The notes: generated by a model not told the origin, from the letters alone. DNA of 63,001 bases from Octopus sinensis (GCF_006345805.1 NW_021831999.1:1-63001); one strand, 5' to 3'. Positions 12,749 through 25,654 are shown, counted from the first letter of the stretch. Program-made: numbers and translations.

Positions 12749-12873
12749 GTGTGTGTGTGTTGTGTGGTGTGTGTGTGTTGGGTGTGTGTGTGTGTGTGTG
12801 TATGTGTGGTTACGTTATATATGCTGTTCTATCAGTATTTACGCGTTGAAGAATATACTTCTAGTTGTTTCTG

Positions 12874-12953
<80 letters not shown>

Positions 12954-13446
12954 CATATGTATGCATGTATATATATAAGTGAAAAACTAAACTAAGCAAA
13001 GAGAAATGAAATTTATTCACATGCCCTCTCCCTGTCAGCCTATCTCATTCATATACGTATATACAATTACCTACATAGGTATGTATACACATACATGAAG
13101 ATATGCATGCACTCCGAAACGCACGTATTTCAAAGAATCTTGATTTGTCGTAAGAAAAATTTCAACCAGCATAAATTGTGTGCCATATATATGACAAAAT
13201 TGTTCATTCCTTTACTTTCACATTTGACTAACTAAACAGAAATCAATCCTACATCAAACCAGAATGACTGTCTCCACCATACTTTTTACTCAACTCATAC
13301 CTTACAGATATGCATTTCCCTTCTCTCCTTTTCTATCCCCTATTCCTTGACGATGACTTAAACCACTTCCCCCTCTACCTACACCGCACAAAAAAACCAG
13401 AAACCACATAAAACCGGGAAGAACAAAAGTAATCCACAGCCTGATG

Positions 13447-13661
13447 AGAGCGAGCAAGTCGGAACTTCAAGCGTCTCCTTATAAAAATTGATATACTTGT
13501 GTGGTTTGTGTGTGTGTATATATATATATATTTATATATATATATATATACACATACTTACATACATACATACACACACACGCGCACACACACACGCGCA
13601 CACACACACAAGTATATCAATTTTCATGAGGACACGCTTGAAGTTTCGACATGCTCGCTCT
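13447..13661. mobile_element. MITE-like element with ~55-bp TIRs around a microsatellite core
   Basis: agagcgagcaagtcggaacttcaagcgtctccttataaaaattgatatacttgtg versus the reverse complement of cacaagtatatcaattttcatgaggacacgcttgaagtttcgacatgctcgctct. Confidence 0.8.
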
Positions 13662-14199
13662 GTATATATACATACATATATATACATATATACATACATT
13701 TGTAATTGTTGATTTACTCTACCGTTAATCAAAAATTTTCTCTATGTGCAATCCTTCAGAACAATCTCCCTTCCCCACTAAAAATAGAAAGAAATCTGAA
13801 TCGTGTTATCGTTTAAAGGACTGTATACGGCAAGAAACCGTGATTATCGATATAATGGATTTTGAAATACCAACGAATAAATGACTCTACTTGATAATTG
13901 AGAAATGCTTTTTAGTTTTATTGTCCTGACGTAAAATTCATCGATAGCTATTTACATAGGACTCAATGTGTCTATAAAAATACAAAAAAAATAGTGATAA
14001 TCGGTTGGACAATGTCAGCTGTTCTTTCCATTAATGCCATTTAGGAAAACAGCTTGTTGATTTCGAAATTTATTTGGAGACCAAAATATGTTACAGAGGT
14101 AAAAGAAACTGAATATTACATTACACAGGTAAATTTGGTGAGAACACCAATATTACGAAATGATTTAACACACACCAGATTATTTCCGATTCCCACAAA

Positions 14200-14597
14200 T
14201 AATAATGAACTAGTCATTGAAGGCAAAAATGTCCCTATCCTCTGGGATTTTCCAGTCAACACCGACAGAACGATCCAGGCTAATCGACCAGACATAGTCA
14301 TTAAAGACTGAAGAAAATAATTGTAGACTAATAGATGTAAGTGTTCCCACTGATAAAAATATATCTGTAAAGGAACTTAACAAATTAAGTAAATATAAGG
14401 ACCTGAAAATTGAAATACAAAAGATGTGGTATCGTAAAGCGAGAGCTGTTCCTGTTATTGTGTGTGCACTAGGTTTATTGAAAAAGAGATGTCAAAAGCA
14501 TCTAGATAATATCCCAGGAGAACCATGTCTCAAACAAACTCAAAAGATTGTGCTGACAAGTACTGCCCGCTTCCTTAGAAAAACTCTTTCAATTTAA
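14200..14597 (+). pseudogene. C-terminal restriction-like (REL) endonuclease of an R4/Dong-type non-LTR retrotransposon
   Basis: ILWDFPVNTDRTIQANRPDIVIKD..IDVSVPTDKNISVKELNKLSKYKDLKIEIQKMW..VPVIVCALG; PD-(D/E)xK-type motif set, disrupted by stops and frameshifts. Confidence 0.85.
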
Positions 14598-14719
14598 ATG
14601 TCTGTCTTGTATTACATGAAGACATTTCGGTGCTGCTCCTACCACGTCCCTATCTGAAGCGTTCAGTCATACTGTAACATCTCTTATCCTTCACTCGCCC
14701 TAGGATGCTATGTGCATCT

Positions 14720-15090
14720 TTGATCACGAGCAGTAGTGGGGAAGCATCATAGTCATGTGTCGAGAGGAATTCTTTGGGGTTTGGATAATTCACCTTTGGA
14801 AACATAGGTGTTTCATTCAACATCCTCAAACACCCTTATTCAAGGACCTTTTGAGCAGGATAGGCTACTCGTCCCGAAGAAAATTCTAACTGGGTCCCAC
14901 CTGCAAGGTTATGCACTCTTTATTTTGATATGAGATCTCATGTCGTGCACATGTAGTGGTAATGCATTTGCCTGTGTACTCTCATAAGTCGCGTAGTCAT
15001 GATGGGTGTATTGTGCTTCGTATATTTTACCCCAGTGTCACTTTGATGGCATGTGTTGCTCTCTCACTCAATAGTAATAATAATAATCCT
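14720..15090 (+). repeat. Probable interspersed repeat ending in an (AAT)n tail
   Basis: Ends ctctctcactcaatagtaataataataat; one copy in the window, so family status is inferred. Confidence 0.4.
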
Positions 15091-15599
15091 TTTTACTCTA
15101 GGCACAAGGACTGGAATTTTGGGTGAGGGGTTAAATCGATTATATCGACTTCAGTGTTCAACTGGTGCACGTTTTATCAACCCCAGTTGCTAACAGTTCT
15201 ACCATCCCGACAAATAATAGTAATAATAAAAAATAATACCTGAATGGATTTCAACTTGACCCTACGGGCGCAAGTTAACAGTGAAGGACGTTTAAGGAAA
15301 ACCGATTCTAACACATGAAGTAGGCGATGTGATGAATGACAGTTGACTTCAAACTGCTCTGTGAACAGCTTCTGATGTCAGGTGACATTAAAAATTTCTC
15401 GCCCGTAAAGCGAAATTCGTTTCTCCCCCCCTACCCTCTGAATAGTACAACTGGTATATGCTTGGTTGCACGAAGATGAAATCATCTGGTGTGGCTTTGT
15501 ATTCTTTTTTTTTTCTGGGTTTCTAATATATATATATATATATACACGCTCACACATATACATGCACGACTACATGTACATTTAAACATCATCACCGTT

Positions 15600-16120
15600 A
15601 TCCTCATCCGCCTCCTCATTTTCCTCCTCCTTCCCTCTCCTTACTTTCTTCTTCCTTCCCCTCCCCACTTTCCTCCTGCTTCCCCCTCCTCACATTCCTC
15701 CTTCTTCCCCCTCCTCACTTTCTCCTACTTTCTCCCGCCTCACTTTCCTCCTCTTCCCCCTCTCACTTTCCTCCTCCTTCCCCTCCTCACTTTCCTCCTT
15801 CTTTCTCCCGCCTCACTTTCCTCCTCTTCCCCATCCTCCTCCCATTCTTCTTCTTCTTCCTCCTAGTTCTCTTCTTCCTCCTAGTTCTCTTCTTCCTCTT
15901 CCTCGTCGTCGTCGTCGTCATTACATCATTGCTGCCGCCGTCGTCATCCACGTCATCCTTGTCTTCGTAGTCGGAGTCGGCAATGACCATTATAACGGCC
16001 ATTATCTTTTATATAGCCATGATATCATCATCACCACCATCAGCTTCAGCAGCAGCAGCAGCAGCACCACCACCACCACCACCACCAAACCCATCGTCGT
16101 CGTCGTCGTCGTTGTCATCC
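15600..16120. repeat. Polypyrimidine (CCT/CTT) tract followed by GTC, CAG and CAC trinucleotide runs
   Basis: Direct reading of the sequence. Confidence 0.9.
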
Positions 16121-16625
16121 TCCTCTTTTTCCTATCCTCTCTAGCTTATAATCATCCTCACGAACTTAACCACCGCCATCGCCATTACAACGATGGCGAT
16201 GGAAAACAATGACGACAACAATCACCCACTTAAACGTACATGATCTGTTAGAACAAACTATACTTCTATAGATACCCCGAGAGCCACTCTCATATTGGCT
16301 TTTGCTACAAAATGCACTCTTGTTTACATCGCGTTTAAGTGACGGGAGGGGAAGGGTAAATATTTAAATTTTACATCAACACCACCAGCGTCAATTGCAG
16401 TTCAATCCAAGACTACAAGTTATGGATACACATCCTGGAAAGAAAAATATTTTAAAAAGTAAAAGAGGACGACGAAGACAAAACTTGCAATACCATTAAA
16501 AGCAAATTTAAAACTAAATCATCCGTAGAGATGAGAACAGAAAGTATCCCTGGAAGCTATATGATTTATGTAACGCGGTTTAACGCGGTTTAACAACCTC
16601 TACATGGACGAGGAATAAAACCAAT

Positions 16626-17644
16626 TTACATTATGCGCACAACTGCGTGCACACGCATGCATGCGCATGCGCATGTGCACACTAACATGCGCATCCAAGC
16701 GTACGCATGCTTATATGCACTATGCACGTACGTACTACACGCACACGCAAGCACGCAAGAGCACATGCATTCGCATTTGAGTGTATGTGTACACGCATGT
16801 ACATGTGCGTGTGTGTATGTGTTTGTGTGTGCATATATATATATGGTATATGTATATATATATATATGTGTATATATTATATATATATATATGGTATATT
16901 TATATATATATATGTGTATATATATATGTATATATATATATATACATATATATACATATTTATATATATATCTATATCTACACACTTACATATATATACA
17001 CACCCACATATATATATATTATATATATATATATATATTATATATATATAGCACACACACATATATATGTATATATATACGTATATATACAGACACACAT
17101 ACGCACGAACAAGGAGAATCAAACTGCAATCTGCACATATGCACACGCATACACACGCGCACAAACACATTCATATAGGCGTACATGCACACTTACACAC
17201 ACGGACACGCGCATGCACACACACGTCCACACACACGTCCACACACATATACACACCCACTCTCACACACAAGCATAACTATTTGCTGACACAGTCACAT
17301 TATATATATATATAACATAGAAAAATCACATATGTATGAATACGTAATCAGGTGCATACAATTAAACGCGTATCGATATTTACTTATTATTTACGTATCA
17401 GCAAAAATATTTATATTTCCTGTAGGCACATGTACGAACATGCTCAAAGAGCCGTTATGACAAGAACACACACACACACACCACACACACACACACACAC
17501 ACGCACACTGAAGCGCAAAATGAGTATGTGTATATATATATATATATATATGTATATTTTTTTATATGTATATTTATGTATATATATATACATACACATA
17601 TACATACATAAATACATATATATATATATATATACATACACATA

Positions 17645-17675
<31 letters not shown>

Positions 17676-17817
17676 GTGTATATATATATATATGCATACA
17701 TACATATACATGCATACATACACACACACATATATATATATATATGCATACATATACAAACATATATATGCATACATACATATACATACATATATACATA
17801 TATATATGCATATATAT

Positions 17818-17894
<77 letters not shown>

Positions 17895-18150
17895 GTATAT
17901 ATATGTGTGTGTGTATGTATGTATACACGCACATACACAGACTGATAGAAATAGCCAAACAAAAGCAAGTGACAGATAACATTTTATGCATTCATATGCA
18001 CACACGATCCCTGACAGATATTCAATATATATAGCAACATGCTTATTATTCAAACAGATGATCAACAATCTACACACACACACACATACATACACATCAA
18101 AACCTGCGCTCATACACACATGCTCATATGGGCATACACACACACACACC
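16626..18150. repeat. ~1.5-kb alternating purine-pyrimidine compound microsatellite (TA/CA/TG/GC)
   Basis: Direct reading; source of a dozen spurious ORFs. Confidence 0.9.
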
Positions 18151-18555
18151 TCACATACTCATATTTGCATGGCGTATATGAATCTGTGCAATGTTATTGT
18201 TTGTTCATATAGTAATTTTCCATAAGAAGAATCTGTCGAAGTGCTTTTTAGCTCTCACATAATTTACGTTTGCTCTAGGTCCAAAAAGGAACTGTTGAGA
18301 ACTAAGCTGTCTTATGTGTGATGTAAGCGGCCGTCTAAACTCGACAGCGCTAAGGATACACGCTGTTTCGCTTATTCGCTATAAAGAGACTATAATATAA
18401 CGATTTGATGTGTGGAGGGTGTGGAAAATCTGGAGTGTAGGGAGTGGAACAAACCTTGGGAACTAGACTTAGTCGAACCATATGGCCGTACTTTGCGGCT
18501 ATAGTTACTTATATATTCTGAAGAGGTTCAACAACCTTCAGAACAGCTAGGTAAC

Positions 18556-18700
18556 AACGGCGGTAGCAGAGATTTACTACCACTGCGACGACTCTGTTGA
18601 ATAACTGAACGCGCTATGATGGTGTGTCGGTGGCGATGATGAAACGAAGGCTGATGTGTGCTATTGCTCGTGTCTGTATGCGTGTGTGTGTGTGTGTGTG
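18556..18700. repeat. Direct repeat, copy 1 (copy 2 at 20258-20400)
   Basis: caacggcggtagcaga.atttactaccactgcgacga.tctgttgaataactgaac.cgctat.atggtgtgtcgg.ggcgat..gaaacgaaggc.gatgtgtgc shared by both. Confidence 0.85.
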
Positions 18701-18879
18701 TGTACATGTTTGTGCATGTGCATGTATGTGATGTGAGTGGTGTGTGCAAATTGTGGAGTAGATGCAGTTGCGGTAACAGTGAAAACGTTGAAGCGTTGAT
18801 CGTTGTAGATAAAGAACAGTTTTACTAGAACATTTAAATAGTGATAGTGGCTTTGGTAGTTCGGATTCCGGTACATGTA

Positions 18880-18880
18880 G

Positions 18881-18924
<44 letters not shown>

Positions 18925-18925
18925 T

Positions 18926-18956
<31 letters not shown>

Positions 18957-18970
18957 AACGATGATGATGC
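18880..18970. repeat. (GAT)n microsatellite
   Basis: Direct reading; poly-Met ORF is an artefact. Confidence 0.95.
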
Positions 18971-19849
18971 AGAATATGGTCGTAGTGAAATTACTTTCTC
19001 TGCCTCTCCTTCTGTCTCTCTCTATCTCTTCCCCGCTACCGTCTCTTTCTTTGTGTTGAGAGTCATGAACTTGGTTATGGTAATTATATTGTGGCTATTT
19101 AGTTGTGATGATAGTAATGGAGTTGGGTCTAGGAGTGTTAGGGAGTGGGCAAATGGAGTTAATCTATCAATCTGCGACTGAAAAGAATAAAAAAAAAATC
19201 AATGGCAAAGAAATAAAGACGATGATTGCAGGAACATAAAACGCATACACTCACTCTCAGAACAGAATCACACACGCTCAGACACATATACGTAGCTTGG
19301 TGGTTAGGGTCTTGTCTTATGGTTGTAAATTCGTGGGTTTGATTCTCAGGCTAGGCGGCCCGTTTTATCGTTCAATAAGGTACTTCATTTTTCGTTCTTC
19401 TCAGACGAAAGGAATAATTAGTTGTAGTTGGGAGTTAAGCTTGCTGTAGATTGAAATAAGAAGTTTTTAGGTTCCATATAATTGCGAGAAGATATACACC
19501 CTTTCAGACTAAGGGACCATATATACACATGTTATCCAGATTAACATAACCTCTTGGTTCTTGTGTTTCTGTTTTCACTTTGCTCCAAGCATCGGAATAA
19601 GATATCTATTTGAAGGAAAACAAGGTCTCTTTGCTTACGTATACTCTATTTTCTACAGTGATTCATATGGTAACTGAAATAGATCACACAAGGAAGAGTA
19701 TTCCTGTAGCGGCTCGCTGCGAAAAGGTGAATAAACGCATCGAGAAATTTCTTCTTTGGCTGGCACATAGTTTTGTAGTCTGTCCTTACCTTGTGCTTGA
19801 TTAATGACAGTCTCTAACGATTACTAGATTTCGAAATACCTACTTGAAG

Positions 19850-20150
19850 TCATTGAAGGTGTGTGGTTCAGTGGTTAAGGTGTTCGGCTCACGATCATAT
19901 GGTCATGAGTTCGATTCCTGGCGGCACGTTGTGTCCTTGAGCAAGACACCTTATTTCTCGTTGCTTCAGTCCACCCAGCTGGCGAAATCGAGTAGTACCT
20001 ATAATTCAAAGGGTGAAGCTTGTCACATCCTGTGTCACGCTGAATCACCTTGTGCAACAACGTTAAAGGTACGCGTATATGTGGAGTGGTCAGTCACTTG
20101 CACGTTCATTTCACGAGCAGACTGTTTCCTTGATTGAATCCTAGCAGACT
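19850..20150 (+). mobile_element. tRNA-derived SINE (family C-type head, distinct tail)
   Basis: A-box-like tggttcagtggttaagg, B-box-like gagttcgattcc, core gttgtgtccttgagcaagacacc..cagtccacccagctg. Confidence 0.75.
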
Positions 20151-20257
20151 CGAAGACATTGACATCCAGCTATGCTGCTTGTGAGTATCAACACAGTGTA
20201 GTTAACTACTCATCCGAAGTACTTTGTTTTACTATGTTCGGCAAACTTGTCATTTCA

Positions 20258-20400
20258 ACGGCGGTAGCAGAAATTTACTACCACTGCGACGAATCTGTTG
20301 AATAACTGAACACGCTATAATGGTGTGTCGGAGGCGATGAAACGAAGGCCGATGTGTGCAATTGCACGTGTCTGCATGTGCATGTGTGTGTGTGTGTTGT
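20258..20400. repeat. Direct repeat, copy 2 (copy 1 at 18556-18700)
   Basis: See copy 1. Confidence 0.85.
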
Positions 20401-20544
20401 GTGTGTGTGTGTGTGCGTGTATGCGTTGCTACCTCCACACAAACTTCATTAGTACAGAAGCCAAATAAAGTTGGTAATAGAGAATACTTCAGTATCATTT
20501 CGGCAGTTGGCTTACTTGATACTATATAATCAATTCCAGTAATT

Positions 20545-20882
20545 AGGGTAAAGAACCCCTTCGCTCACGAATGACTATGGGATTGCACCTAAAACGTTAC
20601 CCTCCAAAGCACAAGTCAGGGAAAAGTTGTTTATGGAAAACTAGCAGTCACCCATGCATATCAGCCTCTCGTCTCCATGCCACCGATGTTATCCAAGGGA
20701 AATGCAATCGCCGATACAGCTTGGCACCAATGACATCGCAACCCATTCCTACAGCTGAGTGGATCGGAGCAGCGTGAAATAAAGTGTCTTGCTCAAGAGA
20801 GCAACACACAGCCCGGTCCAGGAATCGAACTCACCACCTCATGGTTGTGATTCCGACGCTATAACCACTGAGCCATGCACCT
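20545..20882 (-). mobile_element. Near full-length SINE family C
   Basis: Minus strand gtgcatggctcagtggttatagcgtcgg..gagttcgattcctggacc..ttgagcaagacactttatttcacg; homologous to 24005-24348 over its whole length. Confidence 0.85.
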
Positions 20883-20932
20883 CGGCCAGTAACTAAGAAC
20901 AGAAAAAGTACAGTGAGATCTCGGATAGACTA

Positions 20933-21127
20933 TGCTTAGCGATATTTCGTCTGTCGTTACGTTCTGAGTTCAAATTCCGCCGATGTCGACTTTGCCTTTC
21001 GTCCTTTCGGGGTCGATAAATAAAGTACCAGTTTCGCACTGGGGTCGATGTAATCGACTTAATCCCTTTGTCTGTCCTTGTTCGTCCCCTCTATGTTTAG
21101 CCCCTTGTGGGCAATAAAGAGAAATAA
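20933..21127 (+). mobile_element. Headless SINE family A copy
   Basis: atttcgtctgtcgttacgttctgagttcaaattccgcc..ccccttgtgggcaataaaga. Confidence 0.9.
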
Positions 21128-21617
21128 AAATTCAAAAGATGGTTCAAGATGAGCTCAAGAAAATTACCCAGAAAATTATGCCAACAAGTACAGAACCTAA
21201 AATACGATTTTAGCATCGCATTGTTTTTCTCACATGCTGCACTAATTTACATAAGCACAATGCATGAATTATTTTTCTAATCAATAACATTTACCTTTTT
21301 CGATTACATTGCTTGGGGGTGTACAACCTGCTTCGTTTTGCTGTCAGGAGATAGAAAAAAATAAGAAAAAAAACATAGATTTCTAATGTTTCTAACTCTT
21401 GAAAACGTAGCGTACACTTAATCAAAGGAAATAGAATATAATTTCAAATGTCCTTGTTTAGAAAGCGTAAGACATGACATATGACTTTCTCCTTCAAAAG
21501 GTATGTCCCTCTGTGAAATATCAGTTACTTTGGTGCAACACTTGTGATCGGTAATTTGGAGCATGAATAGGTGCAAAGACAGAAAGTGAGAGAAAGAGAA
21601 GAGGGGACAGGGACAGA

Positions 21618-21687
<70 letters not shown>

Positions 21688-22592
21688 AAGGAAGAAATAA
21701 AGAGGCAGCGTTGATCTGTATGTGTGAGTACGCATGTGTCAAACAGTAAAAACTAAACAGATAAAAGATAGAGCAAAGATTACAGAGAGCAATTTATCAG
21801 AAATCTTAATTTTTTTTTTAGTAATTGAAAGCAGTAGGCCGTTCAATCGTTACAGTATTGGATTTTTTTTTTCGTTTTTTTTTTCCTAGTTGATCTTACT
21901 GTTGTTATACCTAACACATAGCTTGAATATAATGTAGAACATACGGCAGTCTCTGGCTAATGAATCAACGAATGCTCATTCTAAATGACAACAACTTTGA
22001 AATACACATTACTTCCCATATATATTAATTCAAATCAGAGGAGGCCAGAAAAAAGAAAAAAATTAAAGGAATACAATAATATTAAAGCAAAAGTATTGCA
22101 ATTACTTTTGATGTAAGAATTAGTTTTGTCACCGATTTTGTATATTGAGTTACCTTCTGCTTCTGCCGCTGTTGCTGCTGTGACTGCTGCTGTTGTTGCT
22201 GTTGCTACACTTTAATAGGAATGAGTAACAAGGGCCTTGCTGAAGAAAGTAAAGACGTCTGGCCTAGTGGTTAGGGCGTTACATTCACGATCGCAAGATC
22301 GCGGTTTCGATTCCCAGATAGGTTGCGAGATGTGTTTTTGAGCAAAACACTTCATGTTGAAATTGCTCCAGTCCACTCAGCCGTAAAATGGGTGACAGTG
22401 CGACGGATTGGAGTACAAGGGCGAGATAGTGACTCAAGAAAATCACCTGAACGGAGGTCTCGTGAGCCACGATTTGTATTCAGCAATCGAAAGGATAACT
22501 AGTACAACCCGTACAATGAATTCTGACTGGTTGCTTTTTTTCCAACCAAGTCGAAAAATGAAGATGAAAGAAAGAACACAACAACAACCATA

Positions 22593-22671
22593 CAGTTCTA
22601 TATTTAAGAGATGAGGAATTATGTACATTATTTACATTATTTACATTCGATGGAACCCTAATAATAATAAC

Positions 22672-22729
<58 letters not shown>

Positions 22730-22971
22730 TACTACTACTACTACTACTACTCTACTACTACTACTACTACTACTACTAATAATAATAATAATAATAATAA
22801 TAACATCGAAAAATACCTTAGGAATGAGAACCCAGGTTCGAAATTACCACAAGACACCTGAAGAAGGCTGGAGGGTATATCAGCCGAAACGTTGTGTTAA
22901 CAACAAACAAGATGAGGACAAATATATGTCGAATGTAAATAATGTAAATAATATAAATAATGTAAATAATG
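22593..22971 (+). mobile_element. Coding-free PLE mini-insertion: inverted 3' end, (AAT)n/(TAC)n tract, then pLTR with hammerhead
   Basis: Perfect 24-bp inverted repeat 22627-22650 / 22929-22952; flanking aacaacaaccata (22580-22592) and aacagcaaccata (22972-22984). Confidence 0.7.
22854..22897 (+). ncRNA. Minimal type I hammerhead ribozyme-like motif, core CUGAAGA
   Basis: ACAC/GTGT stem I; CTGAAGA-A; GGCTG gagggtatat CAGCC; GAAA CG TT; predicted cut after 22893. Confidence 0.75.
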
Positions 22972-23450
22972 AACAGCAACCATATTTCTTTTTGGCCTTT
23001 TATACCGTTTTACAATGTAGTTTGATACATCCGTCGAAACGTACGAATGGTGAGACTCTACGCGGTCTCGCTACAAGCTAGACATAGCGGCGAATACACC
23101 ATTCAAATAATGCATGTCCACTATCGTCTGAAAAATATAAGGAAACCCTATATAATGTTGTCTGAGATGGAATGGTCGCAGTTAGAATGTCTTTGAACAT
23201 AAGCCTTCTCGATCAAAGGCAACCTGAAGCTAAACAACCCCCACAACCACCACCGCTGTCGCCACTACTACGACGCCACCAAGCCACCACGCCACTATAC
23301 CACTACGCCACCACACCACTACATCACGATGCAGCAACACCGCCGCCGCTGAAGTCGGCGACAGTGACGGCAATGACGGCGGCAAAGCCTGATGTTAAAC
23401 TATGATCTCAATTTCCTGATTGTTCTCGTCTTATATGGTCGTTTCGATCC

Positions 23451-23660
23451 TGGCACAAAACCAGCAGCTTTTCGAGGAGGAGAATAGTCGATTATACCGA
23501 CCCCCTATATACCCAACTGGTACTATATTTACATCGATCACCAAAGAGATGAAAGGTAAAGCTGATTCCAGCAGAATTTAAACTCGGAACGCAATGAGTC
23601 GGTAGAAAAGTCGCTAAGCATTTTGTCCGGCGTTGTAACAACTCTGCCAGCTTGCCGCCC
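23451..23660 (-). mobile_element. SINE family A copy (older)
   Basis: gagatgaaaggtaaagctgattccagcagaatttaaactc..gctaagcattttgtccggcg..tctgccagcttgccgcc. Confidence 0.75.
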
Positions 23661-24004
23661 TGTTGTCATAGTGTAATGTAGTAATGTATGATCATACAGT
23701 TTGGAAGCTCAAAGGTACTTTATAGTCCTCCGCTAAAATTAACGAGCTTAATACCTTCAGGAACAGTCAGTTGAAGAGATCTATTTGACTTTCATCTTCA
23801 GGCACATAAATGGCCATTATTGAAACGATACTGCTATAATTGTCGTCAGTATCCGACAGGGCAAAAAATATGATGTTATCAGAGACTCTGTCTCTCTTAT
23901 AGCTACCATCTCCGCAGGTTGATTATAGATACCACCCCCACAAGTCGATTGTATCCCTTACTCATAAGTCTTCTACACTTCAAATTATCCGTTGATTCCT
24001 TTGG

Positions 24005-24348
24005 TCTCTGGGGACCCCCTTCGGTCACGACACTGACCATGGGATTGCACCTAGAAAGTTACCCTCCTAGTCACAAGTCTGGGCAAGGTGGTTTATGGCA
24101 GACCAGCAGTCGCCCATGCATACCGGCCTCCCCTCTCCACGCCACCAGTGTTATCCAAGGGAAAGGCAGCAGCCGATACAGCCTGGCACCCGTGACGTCG
24201 CAACTCATTTCTACAGCTGACTTAACTGGAGCAACGTGAAATAAAGTGTCTTGCTCAAGAACACAACACGCAGCCTGGTCCGGGATTCAAGCTCACAACC
24301 TCGCGATCGTAAACTCGACGCTCTAGCCACTAAGCCATGCGCCTTCAC
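24005..24348 (-). mobile_element. Near full-length SINE family C
   Basis: Homologous to 20545-20882; tRNA-like head at the 24348 end. Confidence 0.85.
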
Positions 24349-24539
24349 GAATCCGTTGGTAAGTATTAAAAAACATATCGAAAAAATATCAATGAAGGCC
24401 TAATATTTCAATACTGTTATATAATCTGTTGTTTCGAGAAACAATAATTGTACAACACATTCTTTTTCGGGTTTATCTGGAAGAGATATAGACGTCTGCA
24501 TCTCTTGATAGTTATGATATTTTGTGACCTCAATACGAC

Positions 24540-24928
24540 GAGCTGGTAGAAACGTTAGCACGCCAAGAGTAATTGTTAGCGGTATTTCATCTGCCGTTAC
24601 GTTCTGAGTTCAAATTCCGCCGAGGTCGACTTTGCCTTTCACTCTTTCGGGGTCGATTGAATAAGTACCAATTACGCACTGTGGTTGATATAATCGACTT
24701 AATCCGTTTGTCTGTCCTCTCTGTGTTTAGCCCCTTGTGGGTAGTAAAGAAATAGGTATTTCGTCTGCCGCTACGTTCTGAGTTCAAATTCCGCTGAGGT
24801 CGATTTTGCCTTCCATCCTTTCGGGGTCAATAAATTGAGTACCAGTCAAATACTGGGATCGATATAGTCGACTAAATCCCTCCCTCAAAATTCAGGCCTT
24901 GTGCCTATAATAGAAATTATTATTATTA

Positions 24929-24994
<66 letters not shown>

Positions 24995-25590
24995 TGATAT
25001 TAGTGTTGAGGCACTGAGCTGGCGGAATCATTATCACGCCGAACGAAATGCTGAGCAGCCGTTACGATCTGAGTTCAAATTCTGCCGAGGTCGATTTTAC
25101 CTTTCATCCTTTCGGGGTCGATAAATTAAGTACCAGTTGCGCACTGGGGTCGATGTAATCGACTTAATCTGTTTGTCTGTCCTTGTTTGTCCCTCTATGT
25201 TTAGCCCCTTGTGGGCAATAAAGAAATAAGCATTTCTGCGGCTTTACATTCTGAATTCAAAACTTTGCCTTTTATCCTTTCGGAATGGATAAAATAAATA
25301 CTGGGGTTCATGTAATCGATTATCCATCCCCTCAAAAGTACTGTCCCTGTGCCAGAATAAGATATAATTATTTCATGTAACGGGTTGGCAGCATCGTTAA
25401 CACGTCGGGCAAAATGCTTACTGGCATTTCTCCCAAATTTACGCTCCGCATTCAAATTTCACTGACGTTGAATTTGCATTTCATTTTGGCGGAATCGATA
25501 GAGTAAGTTGCAGTAAAGTATTGGCTCAGATGTAATCGACTTTCCCTTCTCACCAAATTTCTGGCCTTGTGCCTGTATTAGAAAGATTTC
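24540..25590 (+). mobile_element. Array of five co-oriented SINE family A units with two alternative tails
   Basis: Units start near 24540, 24754, 25008, 25229 and 25380; (TTA)n tract at 24918-24992. Confidence 0.8.
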
Positions 25591-25654
25591 ATGGGCCCAA
25601 TCGCTTGTTTTAGCGACTGTGATATTTTCATTTTTCTCGAAATCAATCGTATCT

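Noticed and set aside
13441-13470. CTGATGAG followed by GGAAC
   Set aside because: Overlaps the MITE TIR; GAAA box and stems are absent.
15328-15374. GTGATGA ... CTGA, C/D snoRNA-like boxes
   Set aside because: Boxes only ~47 nt apart, no terminal stem, no recognisable rRNA antisense element.
18519-18545. CTGAAGA GGTT caac AACC hairpin
   Set aside because: Followed by TTCAG rather than GAAA; a simple hairpin.
21462-21500. 39-nt exon-like segment (tccttgtttag acceptor, AAG/gtatgt donor)
   Set aside because: Stops in all three frames and no partner exons found; a UTR or first-coding exon cannot be excluded without RNA-seq.
23250-23400. GC-rich Pro/His/Thr ORF
   Set aside because: Degenerate CCA/ACG triplet tract with no splice or domain support.
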